Numbered from the stretch's first letter, positions 1 through 8,698 are shown. The stretch: 64,000 nt of DNA from an uncultured Verrucomicrobiota bacterium (GCA_964389135.1 CAYMDA010000020.1:13484-77483), one strand, 5' to 3'. A program made the numbers and translations. The notes: generated by a model from the sequence alone, not told the origin.

Positions 1-1399
1 GGTCCGGCAGGTCGGAGACCAGCCAGCGGTGCTTGCCGCGCGCGGTCTTCTCCGTCTCCCGCACCTCGCGGAAGTCGATCTGGAAGTCGTCTCCCAGCTT
101 CCGCTGGATGCCCTGCCGGATGGTTTCCAGGCGCGAGGTGTGGAAGGCGGGCGACGGGACGTAGCGGAACTCGGCGCGGCCGGGTTCGCGCTGGTGGAAC
201 TGGACGGCGTAGAGCCCGTCGAAGATGGGGTCGTGCATGTTGAAGGCCGTGAGCGAGATTCGCCGTCCGGTCGCGCTGACGAGGAATTCGATGTCGCGGC
301 CGGCGATCTCCGCGACGGCAGGCCACGGGAACTCGAGGTCGCCGTCGGTGCGCGGGTCGGCGAGGCGGGCCATGTCGCCGGTGCGATAGCGTATCAGGGG
401 CATGGCGAGATTGTGAAAGCTCGTCGCGACGATCTCCCGGAAGCCCTCGGCGTCCGGTTCGCCGAATTCGACGAAGCCGTAGGTCGGCCAGAAGTGGAAC
501 AGCTCGGAACGGGTGCCCTCGGCGGCGAGCACGGCGCGTTCGGCATGGCCGTACCATCGGAATACCCGGCAGTTGAAGACGCGTTCGAGCAGGCGCTTCT
601 GCGGGATGGTGAGGCGCTCGGACCCGGCGAGCAGTCCGCGGAGGGGAATGCGCCACGAGTGACCGGCGCGCTCGAGGAACTCGGCGAGCTGCAGGGCGGC
701 CGAGGGATAGGCATGGAGAAGATCGGGCCGGAACCGCTCGATCGCGGCGAGGTACTCGGGCAGACGCTGCTCGGTCAGGTGATAGCTGGAGAGCATCAGC
801 CAGTTGCGCGTCGGGTCGTGGCGGACGATGGGGCCGGTGGCGGAATCGGTGGTGACATGCCCCCGGATCACCGCGAGGCGTGCGCCTTCGAAGTAGCCGG
901 CGCGCGACCACTGGGCCTCGAGGAACGCCTGTTCCTTGGGACGGCTCACCCCGCGGTGCAGGTAGAATCCAACCGGCACGCCGGTCGAACCGCCCGTCGT
1001 GATGTAGAGGCGGTCGCGCGACGGCACATTGACGCACGCCATCTCGTCGAGGTGCCGCTGGAGATCCGACTTGTCGGTGAAGGGACAGCGCGCGAGGTCG
1101 TCGGGCGAACGGAGGAGTTCCGGCTGGAAGCCTGCCTGCGCGAACCGGCGCTGGTAGAACGGCGAGTAGTTGCCGGCCTGGATCAGGACGCGGCGAAGCT
1201 CTCGCAACTGGTATTCCGCGATGCGCTCGACGGACCACGTGGCGCATTCGCGCGCGAGCCGGCGGAAGGCCGGGTACTGGCGGCCGAGGCGAATCGACGC
1301 GGGCAGTCGGCGCCACGACCAGCCGAGGGCGGAGCGGACCCCGCCGGGGAGGCGTTCGTAGAGGGCGAGCAGTGGGTACAGTCTGTCTTCGAGACTCAT
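1..1399 (-). CDS. Adenylate-forming enzyme of the phenylacetate-CoA ligase / CapK-like family (3' end runs off the window)
   Basis: Absent from the ORF track because there is no stop inside the window. Hand translation of the minus strand from ATG at 1399-1397 gives MSLEDRLYPLLALYERLPGG...RLYITTGGSTGVPVGFY...NLAMPLIRYRTGDMARL... The TTGGSTGxP and YRTGD motifs fit PaaK/CapK-type ligases. The + strand ORF 29..1444 is its antisense shadow. Confidence 0.8.
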   Translation of the reverse strand, partial: MSLEDRLYPLLALYERLPGGVRSALGWSWRRLPASIRLGRQYPAFRRLARECATWSVERIAEYQLRELRRVLIQAGNYSPFYQRRFAQAGFQPELLRSPDDLARCPFTDKSDLQRHLDEMACVNVPSRDRLYITTGGSTGVPVGFYLHRGVSRPKEQAFLEAQWSRAGYFEGARLAVIRGHVTTDSATGPIVRHDPTRNWLMLSSYHLTEQRLPEYLAAIERFRPDLLHAYPSAALQLAEFLERAGHSWRIPLRGLLAGSERLTIPQKRLLERVFNCRVFRWYGHAERAVLAAEGTRSELFHFWPTYGFVEFGEPDAEGFREIVATSFHNLAMPLIRYRTGDMARLADPRTDGDLEFPWPAVAEIAGRDIEFLVSATGRRISLTAFNMHDPIFDGLYAVQFHQREPGRAEFRYVPSPAFHTSRLETIRQGIQRKLGDDFQIDFREVRETEKTARGKHRWLVSDLPD

Positions 1400-1611
1400 C
1401 GCGTGCGGTCTGACGGCAGCCGCGGAGCGGCGCGCGGAGGTTGAATCGGCACGGGAGGTGAAGGCAAAGCCGGATTGCGCGATGGGTCGTGTGAGGCGAG
1501 AGTGTGCCACTGGTTCCCTCGTGGGACTGGTTCGTCCTTGCAAACGTCCAGGATCATGCGGGTTGACGGACGCGCCCGGCCGGGAGCGGTCCGGCGGGTG
1601 TCCGGCTCACG

Positions 1612-3276
1612 ATGAGCGATCGAAAGCGAGCCGTCCTGTTGATCGGCGGCGGGCTCCTGCTGCTGCTGCTCGGGACCCTCGTTCCGGCGCACCTGCGCGA
1701 GGTTGATCGCGAGGTGCTTCAGCTTGCCGGAAGGGATTCGCCGACGCTGCAGGTGGAGGCGGAGCGCGCGCTTGCGGGGCAGAGGGCCGGTGCCGCGCGG
1801 CTGATGCTGGAGGCGGCGCGCGGGCTCGGGGTGGCTGGCGCGGAGCCCTTGCGGGCGGATGACCTCGTGCGGAGCAACCGGCAGATCGCGCCATGGGGTG
1901 GTCCGAGTCCGTGGCTCGACCGGCACGCGGCGGCGTTCGTGCCGGATCCGACCGGGCGTCCGCCCGCGACGCTGGCCTGGATCATGCCGGAGGAAGTCCG
2001 GGCCTCGCTGCTCGCCGCGCTTTCCGAAAGCACGCATCCGGTGACGCGGGCCCTGCTGGGCTGTCGCGAGCTCGAATCGACCCGGCTGCTGCCGCCGGTG
2101 AGTTCGGCGTCGGGACAGCCGCTGGATGCCGCGCTGATGCTCGCGGGCGCGCTGGTCGAAGCCGGGCGGATGCATCCGTCGTTCATGCTCGAGCTCGAGC
2201 GCGGTGCGATGGCGGCGGCGCGGGGGGAGGATTCGATGCCGATTGAATCGGCGCTGCTCGAACTGCTGGCGGCCGCGAGCCGCCTGAACTGGGAGCAGCT
2301 CGCGAGTCTGATGCAGCGCACGGAGGATCGTTTCGCGCTCAAGACCCTCGTGGCGCGCGCGGGCTCCGACGGCGGCGGCTGGCCGGAGCTGTTCGCGGCG
2401 GTCGTGCTGAACGGCGGGGCTCGTGGTGTCGCGGGGTACATCGACCGCCACGGTGACGACGCGTTGGCGGACCTTCGCGCGTCGCTCCCGATGGGTGCGG
2501 GCGCGGTTCAGGAACTGGTGCGCCGCGGCGATCCCGTCCGCCACGCGCGCGTGCGGACCGCGATGATCGAACGTCTCGGGATGACGGGCGTCCGGCGCCT
2601 GCTGGCCCGGTCCGCCGTGCGCGCCCCGGGCTTGTCGCTCGCGGTGAAGTATCTCCTGTGGGTGGACGGTATTTTCCTGGTTCTCGCGGGTCTCTGGTAC
2701 GCCCGGCATGAATTTCTCGAGGAGACGAATCGCCGATTTGAACCGCGGCCGGACTTCCAGCGTCTGCTGGTGGTGACGGCCGCGGCGGCCGTGCTCCTTT
2801 TCCTCACCGCGGAGGGGCTGCTCGTGCTAAGGTCCGGCGGGTCCGGATCCGGCGGCGCGATGCCGTTCCCGATGTTCACGGCGCAACTGCGCCTCGATGT
2901 GCCCCAAGTCAGGTCAAGCGATATGAATGAGAAGGTCATCGCGATGCTGGCCGCGTTCTTCGTGATCCAGCTCGCCATCTACATGCTGGGACTCGGACGG
3001 CTGCGGTACATCCGGGCCCAGATGGTGGACGGCCCGGTCAAGCTGCGGCTGCTCGACAACGAGGAGCCGATGTTCGACGCGCCGCTGTACGTGGGGATCG
3101 GCGGGAGCGTCCTGGCGCTGGTGATGCGGCTGACGGGCTTCGACGAGGTGAGCCTCATGGCGTCCTATTCATCGACCCTGTTCGGGATTCTGTTCTGCTT
3201 CGTCCTGAAGGTGATGCACGTGCGGCCGTATCGGCAGCGGCTCATCCTCGAATCCGTGGAGGGAAGGGCCTCATGA
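1612..3276 (+). CDS. Hypothetical polytopic membrane protein (about 6 TM); last two helices carry a tentative MotA/ExbB/TolQ-like channel signature
   Basis: ATG at 1612. N-terminal TM (AVLLIGGGLLLLLLGTLVP), then about 310 aa soluble, then five hydrophobic helices. C-terminal 'FDAPLYVGIGGSVLALVMRL' and 'MASYSSTLFGILFCFVLKVM' resemble the conserved TM pair of MotA/ExbB/TolQ. The stop overlaps the next start (ATGA at 3273-3276). Confidence 0.6.
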   Translation: MSDRKRAVLLIGGGLLLLLLGTLVPAHLREVDREVLQLAGRDSPTLQVEAERALAGQRAGAARLMLEAARGLGVAGAEPLRADDLVRSNRQIAPWGGPSPWLDRHAAAFVPDPTGRPPATLAWIMPEEVRASLLAALSESTHPVTRALLGCRELESTRLLPPVSSASGQPLDAALMLAGALVEAGRMHPSFMLELERGAMAAARGEDSMPIESALLELLAAASRLNWEQLASLMQRTEDRFALKTLVARAGSDGGGWPELFAAVVLNGGARGVAGYIDRHGDDALADLRASLPMGAGAVQELVRRGDPVRHARVRTAMIERLGMTGVRRLLARSAVRAPGLSLAVKYLLWVDGIFLVLAGLWYARHEFLEETNRRFEPRPDFQRLLVVTAAAAVLLFLTAEGLLVLRSGGSGSGGAMPFPMFTAQLRLDVPQVRSSDMNEKVIAMLAAFFVIQLAIYMLGLGRLRYIRAQMVDGPVKLRLLDNEEPMFDAPLYVGIGGSVLALVMRLTGFDEVSLMASYSSTLFGILFCFVLKVMHVRPYRQRLILESVEGRAS

Positions 3277-4805
3277 ACCGCTCGGTGCTGCTCGTCATCT
3301 GCGACTTCCTGATTCTCACGCTGCTGTCGTTTGTGCAGTTCGAGACGACGGAGCCGGTTGTCGGGTCGGCTCCGGGGGCGGGACAGGAGGTTTCGGCGCC
3401 GGCCATGAGCAACATGGTCGCGACGCTCGAGGCGGCCCTCGAGGCGGAACGGCAGCGCCGCAGCGTCCTGACCAATGCCCTGGCGGCGCGGGAGGCGGAG
3501 CTCCAGCAACGTCTCGCGGTGCTGGCCGAGCGCGAGCAACGGCTGAGCCACGTCCAGGATCGGCTGACGCAATCGGAGGCGGAGGCGCGCCGGCTTGCCG
3601 AGGAACGTGCCCGGCTGGAGCGCAGCCAGTCGGAGGCCGCTGCGAGCGTGCAGGAGCTCCAGCGCGCGTTCGAGGAGACCCGGCGGAACACGGTCGCGCT
3701 GCAGGACCGGCTTTCAAGCACGACGCGCGAGGCGGCGGAGGCGCAGGCCCGCGCCCGCCTGCTCGAGGAGGAGTTGCGGCGCCGACAGGAGGAGTCCGCG
3801 GAGATGCTGCGGCGCCTCGCGCAGATGGATTCCACGCGCGACTCCCTCGCGTCGGAGAAGCAGGAGCTGCTGGCGCAGCTGCGCGCCATGGAGGCGGAAG
3901 CGCGCCAGGCACGGCAGGAGGCCTCGAACCTGAACCAGCAGCTTGCGCGCGCCTCCGAGGAGAAGGCGGGGCTGATCCAGGCGGCGACGCGTCTCGCGAC
4001 GAATGTGGGGGCGCTGACGCGGGAATCGAGCGCCATCCGCGAGGAGGTCGCGCGGCAGACCGAGGAGGCCGCGGCCATTCGGGAGAAGATCGAACGCGAC
4101 ACCCGCCTCCCCGCCAATGCGATCTACGCCGGATTCCTGAGCAACCGGGTGACCGTCGCCACCGCCGGGAAGACCCGGGGGGCGTTCGGCCAGGAGGTGG
4201 TCCGCCGCCGGGAGGCGGATGCCGTTTTCGTGCGGAGCGGCGGACAGGTGTTCGCGGTGCTCCACGTGGACTCGGTGCCGGTGCGGATCTGGCCGCCGGA
4301 CGCGCCATGGACCGCATTCTCCGTGGAGCTTCGTCGGGGGAACGTGTCGCTGCACGCGGGATCGTTCTCCCTGCTTCGGCGCGATCCGCGCGTCGTGCTC
4401 GTTCCCGTCGGGGAGTCGGTCGCATCCACGCTGGGCGTCCGCGTGTACGAGGCAGCCTCCAATCCGGAAGGGTTCGCCGACGCCGTGATCATCGGCGGTG
4501 AGAGCGCCTACTATGGCGAATCGGCGTACCGGCTGAGCCCGGAGAACCCGGGGTATGTCGAGATGGAACGATCGAGTTTCCGTCGGCTCTTCGGCGAGTT
4601 CGCGCCGAGGCGGGGCGACCTTGCGTTCACCCGGACCGGGCAGCTCCTCGGCATCATGGTGAACAGCGATCGCTGCCTGCTGATGGTGGATCTCGCGACG
4701 CTGTCGTCCTTCGCGTCGGGAGAGGGCCAGGATCCCAGGGCGAACTCGGAGATCCTGCGGACGGCGCACGCGGTGCTCGAGCGGCTGCCTTCCAGGCTGC
4801 GGTGA
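3273..4805 (+). CDS. Hypothetical membrane-anchored coiled-coil protein (Asp-containing N-terminal TM, about 230-aa coiled coil, beta-rich C-terminal domain)
   Basis: Begins MNRSVLLVICDFLILTLLSFVQF (D11 inside the only TM helix). Residues about 48-275 are continuous E/R/A/L/Q heptad-like sequence. The C-terminal 200 aa is non-repetitive. Translationally coupled to the upstream gene. Confidence 0.65.
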   Translation: MNRSVLLVICDFLILTLLSFVQFETTEPVVGSAPGAGQEVSAPAMSNMVATLEAALEAERQRRSVLTNALAAREAELQQRLAVLAEREQRLSHVQDRLTQSEAEARRLAEERARLERSQSEAAASVQELQRAFEETRRNTVALQDRLSSTTREAAEAQARARLLEEELRRRQEESAEMLRRLAQMDSTRDSLASEKQELLAQLRAMEAEARQARQEASNLNQQLARASEEKAGLIQAATRLATNVGALTRESSAIREEVARQTEEAAAIREKIERDTRLPANAIYAGFLSNRVTVATAGKTRGAFGQEVVRRREADAVFVRSGGQVFAVLHVDSVPVRIWPPDAPWTAFSVELRRGNVSLHAGSFSLLRRDPRVVLVPVGESVASTLGVRVYEAASNPEGFADAVIIGGESAYYGESAYRLSPENPGYVEMERSSFRRLFGEFAPRRGDLAFTRTGQLLGIMVNSDRCLLMVDLATLSSFASGEGQDPRANSEILRTAHAVLERLPSRLR

Positions 4806-4974
4806 CCGGGGCGCGCCGGGGCGGGTGATGACACCCGGGGTGTGCCGCCGCCACCCTCGAGCCCCGAGGACTGTGAATCCGCGCTTGCGTCGGGCTGCGG
4901 CGGCCCTAGTTTCCCAAGCCCCCTTTTTTGAATGGGGATTGCCGGAATTGTCCGGCACCAGCTTAGAACGAGAT

Positions 4975-5535
4975 ATGGCAATTTCGGCAAACGACATGCG
5001 CCGCGGGATGGCGATCGAATACAACGGCGACATCTGCGTGGTGCTCGAGACTCAGCATCGGACTCCCGGCAACCTGCGCGCCTTTGTGCAGGCCAGCCTG
5101 CGCAGCGTGCGGACCGGCAAGTCGATGGACGTGCGCTTCGGCTCCACGGAGAAGGTGGAAGTGATCCCGCTGACCACCCGGAAGATGGAGTTCAGCTACA
5201 AGGACGGCCAGGACTACGTCTTCACGGATCCCGAGACCTTCGAGACCGTCAATCTCACGCCCGAGATCGTGGGATCGGCCAAGGACTACCTGATCGAGAA
5301 CCAGGCGGCGACGGTGACATTCGTGAACGAGCGCCCCATCATCGTGGAGATTCCGCCGAGCGTGGTGCTGACGGTTACCGACGCGCCCGAGGGCGTGAAG
5401 GGTGACTCGGCCAACAACGTGATGAAAACGATCACGGTGGAGACCGGGATCACGCTTCAGGCGCCGCTCTTCATCAAGAGCGGCGAGCGGATCAAGGTGG
5501 ACACCCGCACGGGCAAGTACATGGAGCGCGCCTGA
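4975..5535 (+). CDS. efp: Translation elongation factor P
   Basis: Internal ATG at 4975 of ORF 4825..5535 gives a 186-aa protein, MAISANDMRRGMAIEYNGD...PLFIKSGERIKVDTRTGKYMERA, collinear with E. coli EF-P over its full length. Confidence 0.95.
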   Translation: MAISANDMRRGMAIEYNGDICVVLETQHRTPGNLRAFVQASLRSVRTGKSMDVRFGSTEKVEVIPLTTRKMEFSYKDGQDYVFTDPETFETVNLTPEIVGSAKDYLIENQAATVTFVNERPIIVEIPPSVVLTVTDAPEGVKGDSANNVMKTITVETGITLQAPLFIKSGERIKVDTRTGKYMERA

Positions 5536-5568
5536 GCGGCGGCCCGATCATCCTCATCCAATCGTCGG

Positions 5569-5601
5569 CAGGGCGCGGCCCACACCGCGCCCTGTTCGTT
5601 T
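5569..5601 (+). terminator. Rho-independent terminator candidate downstream of efp
   Basis: Perfect 10-bp GC-rich stem CAGGGCGCGG (5569-5578) / CCGCGCCCTG (5585-5594) with a 6-nt loop, followed by TTCGTTT. Lies between the convergent efp and pfkB-family genes. Confidence 0.6.
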
Positions 5602-5699
5602 CCGGGGGAGGTCCGGGACTCGCTTGCGCCTGCCGCCCGCGCGGGCGAGCCCGGATGCGCCGCCGCACCACGGCGGCGCAGTCCCTGGAATGATGAACG

Positions 5700-6764
5700 T
5701 CAGTCGGCCGGTTCCAGCGAGGGCCGGACGCCGTACTTCTTGGCGAGGGCGAGGCAGTTGGGAAGGGTTTTCACGCCCGCGGTGCAGCCCGGATCGGACA
5801 GCGAGGCCGCGGCGACGCAGACCCCGGTGAGCAGGCAGCGGGAGAGCTCCCATGCCTCGTGCAGTCCCATGAGCACGCCTGCGGCGAAGGCGTCCCCGGC
5901 GCCGGCGGTTCCGGCGATCTGCTTCTGCGGGATCTTGAGGGACGACTGCCAGACGTCCTCGCCCTTGCGGGTGCGGGCGAAGGCGCCCTCGGGGAAGTGG
6001 ATGACGACCAGCTCGCGGATGCCCATCTGGAGGAGGGCGCCGGCGGCGTGGCGGAGGGAGACGGTGTCGAGCGAGCCGTCGCTCTGCCGGATCTTGAAGC
6101 CGGAGATCTTGCCGGCCTCGAGTTCGTTGACGATGAGGAAGTCGGTGTACTTGAGGGCAGGGACGACGAACTTGGCGTAGCGATCGGTGTCCTCGGTGAC
6201 CACGTCGATGGAGGTCTTGAGGCCGGCGTCCTGGGCCTTGGCGAGAAGGGCGGCGGCGCGGGTGCCGTACTTCTTGTCGGTCTGATCGAGGGCGTCGAGG
6301 AGGAGGAGATAGCCGAGGTGAAGGAGCTTGGCGCGGGTCTTGGTGAAATCGATGTCCGAGCCGTCCCAGAGGGCGTTCGCCCCGCGGAAATGGAAGAAGG
6401 TGCGACGGCCGTTCGCGGCCTCGGTCATGACGTCCGTGTACGAGGTCGGCGCCTTGGGGGTGGTCTTGAGATACTTGGTGTCGAGCTTGTGCTCGCGGCA
6501 GTCGGCAAGGATGCGTTCGCCGAAGGCATCGTTCCCGACAAGGCCGGCGGCCGAGAGGGGGAAGGGCGCGCCCAGCCGGGCGAGATTGACGAGCACGTTG
6601 TAGGGAGCGCCGCCGGTGCCCAGGGTCTGCTTGCGGATGTTGGCGAGTTTCTCGACCTCCGGATAGGCATCGATGACCTTGACCTCGTCCACAATCCAGT
6701 TGCCGGCCGCAAGGACCCCGGAACGGACCGGGCCCTTGTTGGGTTTGGAGATGATGACTGCCAT
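5700..6764 (-). CDS. PfkB/ribokinase-family carbohydrate kinase
   Basis: Internal ATG at 6764 (MAVIISKPNKGPVRSGVLAAGNWIVD...). Contains the PfkB signature ...GTAGAGDAFAAGVLMGL... Confidence 0.85.
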   Translation of the reverse strand: MAVIISKPNKGPVRSGVLAAGNWIVDEVKVIDAYPEVEKLANIRKQTLGTGGAPYNVLVNLARLGAPFPLSAAGLVGNDAFGERILADCREHKLDTKYLKTTPKAPTSYTDVMTEAANGRRTFFHFRGANALWDGSDIDFTKTRAKLLHLGYLLLLDALDQTDKKYGTRAAALLAKAQDAGLKTSIDVVTEDTDRYAKFVVPALKYTDFLIVNELEAGKISGFKIRQSDGSLDTVSLRHAAGALLQMGIRELVVIHFPEGAFARTRKGEDVWQSSLKIPQKQIAGTAGAGDAFAAGVLMGLHEAWELSRCLLTGVCVAAASLSDPGCTAGVKTLPNCLALAKKYGVRPSLEPAD

Positions 6765-7036
6765 ACGGGGATGCCCGGAGGGGCGTTGCAGGAGACTACC
6801 GCCGGGGGGCGGAGTTGTGAACACAAAACCCGCTGCGGGCCTTGCCGAAACCCGGCAGGGCGTCGGGAACCCGGAGTCGTCAACCGCGGTTCACGGGCGC
6901 CCCGGGGCGGAGCGCCCGGGGCCGGGCTCGCAGGCGGCCGGCACGGGACCGCGCGGGCGAGGATCGCGAGACCGCTCGGCACCCGGGCGCGGCGTTTTGC
7001 GCGTGCCATGGACGGACTGCGGTAGTAATTTTCGGC

Positions 7037-8548
7037 ATGCTCATCTGGGTTGTCGCAATCCTGCTGGCCGCGTTGGCCGCGCTGATTGGCTACTTCATGG
7101 GAGGGATCCGGACGGCGATCTGCCTGCTTGGGACGATCGTGGCCGGGTACCTCGCCACGACCGTCGGGGGTTGGGTGGCGGGCCTCGTGCCGCTCGTGGG
7201 ATTCAAGAGCCCGCTCTCGCAGATCTACCTGCCGCCGGTCTTCGGCTTCCTGATCGTGTCGCTGGTCTTCACGATCCTCGCCTTCGTGATCTTTCAGCTC
7301 GTGGAACGGCGGGTGCGCTACCGGCTGGACGAATATCGGTACGCTCGGTGGCGCCGGCTGAGCCGCCGTACGGGAGCGGCGATCGGCGCGGTGCTCGGGA
7401 CGGCGTGGCTGGTGCTGCTCTCGATCGCGGTCTATGTACCGGCGTACGCGTCCACGCAGCTCGCGGGGACCGAGGAATCGTCGGGACTGCTGCGTCTGGC
7501 GAACCGGTACGCGCAGGACATGGAGAAGACCGGGATGCTGGAGGTGGTGGAGCGCTACCAGCCTGCCTCGGACGAGCATTATCACGCGGCGAACATTCTC
7601 GGGCTCGTCTATCACAATCCTTCCATTCACGAGCGGCTCGCGAGCTATCCGCCCTTCGTGGCGATGGCGCAGCGCGAGGAGATCGGCGAGCTCGGCCGTG
7701 ATCCGGAGGTGGTGGGGCTGCTGCAGTCCAGGGCGGGAATGGCGGAGATTCTGGCGCATCCGCGGATTCAGGCCGTGGCCGGGGATCCCGAACTGGTGGC
7801 GAACCTGCGGGCGCTGGACCTCGCCGACCTCGAGTCCTATCTGCGCACCGGTGATTCGAAGTACTTCAGGGACGAGCCGATCCTGGGCCGATGGCGTTTG
7901 AACCCGCGGCGCAGCATTGCGGCGATGAAGCGGGTGAGCACCGAGGTGCTGCCGCCGACCGAGCTGAACCAGCTGCGTCGCGCGCTGAACCTGTATCTCG
8001 AGGAGATGATCGCGGGCTTCACCATGGAGAATCGCGTGCTGTTGAAGGTGACACCGCGCGACGTCGTGAAGCTGATGGAGATGGTGGGACGCACGCCGCC
8101 GCAGGTGACGGGCGCGCAGCAGACGGATGGAGCGGAAGTGCCGGTGGATCGCTATGGTCAGCCGATGGTGGGCGGCGGATCCGGCATCACCGCGAGGTCC
8201 CTTGCGAACCGCGCGATTCCGCAGGAAGACCCCGCGCAGCGGTACGGGCTGTCGGCGGATCGCTACGGGGCTTCGGCGGGCGGTTCGGGCGCGGCGCCTC
8301 AGGCGCTCCTGAACCCCCAGGCGGGTCTGGCCGCGGCGGCGAGGGCGCGAGGCGCGGTGAGGACGCCGAATCCCTCGGTGCTGGCCCCGCTCATGTCCAC
8401 GGCCGAGGGCTCCTGGTCGCGGGAGGGCCGCGGCTACAAGGTTTCGATCACCTCGGAGGCAGGGCAGGCCGAGCTCGAGGTCAGCGTGAAGGACAACCGG
8501 CTTACCGCCTCGGTGAACGGCCGGATCCTCGTGTTTGACCGGATCTGA
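7037..8548 (+). CDS. CvpA-like membrane protein with a long C-terminal soluble extension
   Basis: Internal ATG at 7037 (MLIWVVAILLAALAALIGYFMGG...). Four N-terminal hydrophobic helices in a CvpA-like arrangement, then about 330 aa with no motif I recognise. Confidence 0.65.
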   Translation: MLIWVVAILLAALAALIGYFMGGIRTAICLLGTIVAGYLATTVGGWVAGLVPLVGFKSPLSQIYLPPVFGFLIVSLVFTILAFVIFQLVERRVRYRLDEYRYARWRRLSRRTGAAIGAVLGTAWLVLLSIAVYVPAYASTQLAGTEESSGLLRLANRYAQDMEKTGMLEVVERYQPASDEHYHAANILGLVYHNPSIHERLASYPPFVAMAQREEIGELGRDPEVVGLLQSRAGMAEILAHPRIQAVAGDPELVANLRALDLADLESYLRTGDSKYFRDEPILGRWRLNPRRSIAAMKRVSTEVLPPTELNQLRRALNLYLEEMIAGFTMENRVLLKVTPRDVVKLMEMVGRTPPQVTGAQQTDGAEVPVDRYGQPMVGGGSGITARSLANRAIPQEDPAQRYGLSADRYGASAGGSGAAPQALLNPQAGLAAAARARGAVRTPNPSVLAPLMSTAEGSWSREGRGYKVSITSEAGQAELEVSVKDNRLTASVNGRILVFDRI

Positions 8549-8698
8549 TCCGCGGTCAGGCGACCGCGCGGGCAAGCGGCTGGCGCGACTGCGCGGCAAG
8601 CGCAGCGCGCTCGAGAGGCTGGGGCCCGGCCGCCGGGGAATGCGCGGCGTGCGCAGGAGGATGATCCGAAGCCCCGCGGGACCGGGGCAGGGTGCCCG

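Noticed and set aside
29-1444. 471-aa + strand ORF at the left edge.
   Set aside because: Its translation is Gly/Arg/Ala/Glu-rich with no motifs. It lies exactly antisense to a minus-strand frame that encodes a clean PaaK/CapK-like ligase (complement 1..1399). It is a shadow ORF typical of GC-rich DNA.
1612-4805. Whether the stator-like pair is a Zorya (ZorAB) anti-phage module.
   Set aside because: In Zorya the long tail is on the MotA-like subunit and ZorB carries a peptidoglycan-binding domain, with ZorC/D or ZorE-type effectors adjacent. Here the rod is on the Asp-TM partner, no effector-like nuclease or helicase is adjacent, and the neighbours are efp and a CapK-like ligase.
4825-4974. 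N-terminal extensions offered by the ORF track, for example efp from 4825. The same applies to lepA from 44236, htrA from 51257, infA to 48326 and the ATP-grasp gene to 58988.
   Set aside because: The extensions are Arg/Pro-rich and absent from the well-known family N-termini. Internal ATGs reproduce canonical protein starts, and several coincide with ATGA overlaps or SD-like GGAGG/GAAGGA motifs.
6425-8599. 724-aa minus-strand ORF spanning the pfkB 5' end and the whole CvpA-like gene.
   Set aside because: R/P/H-rich low-complexity translation, antisense or out of frame to genes with recognisable motifs.
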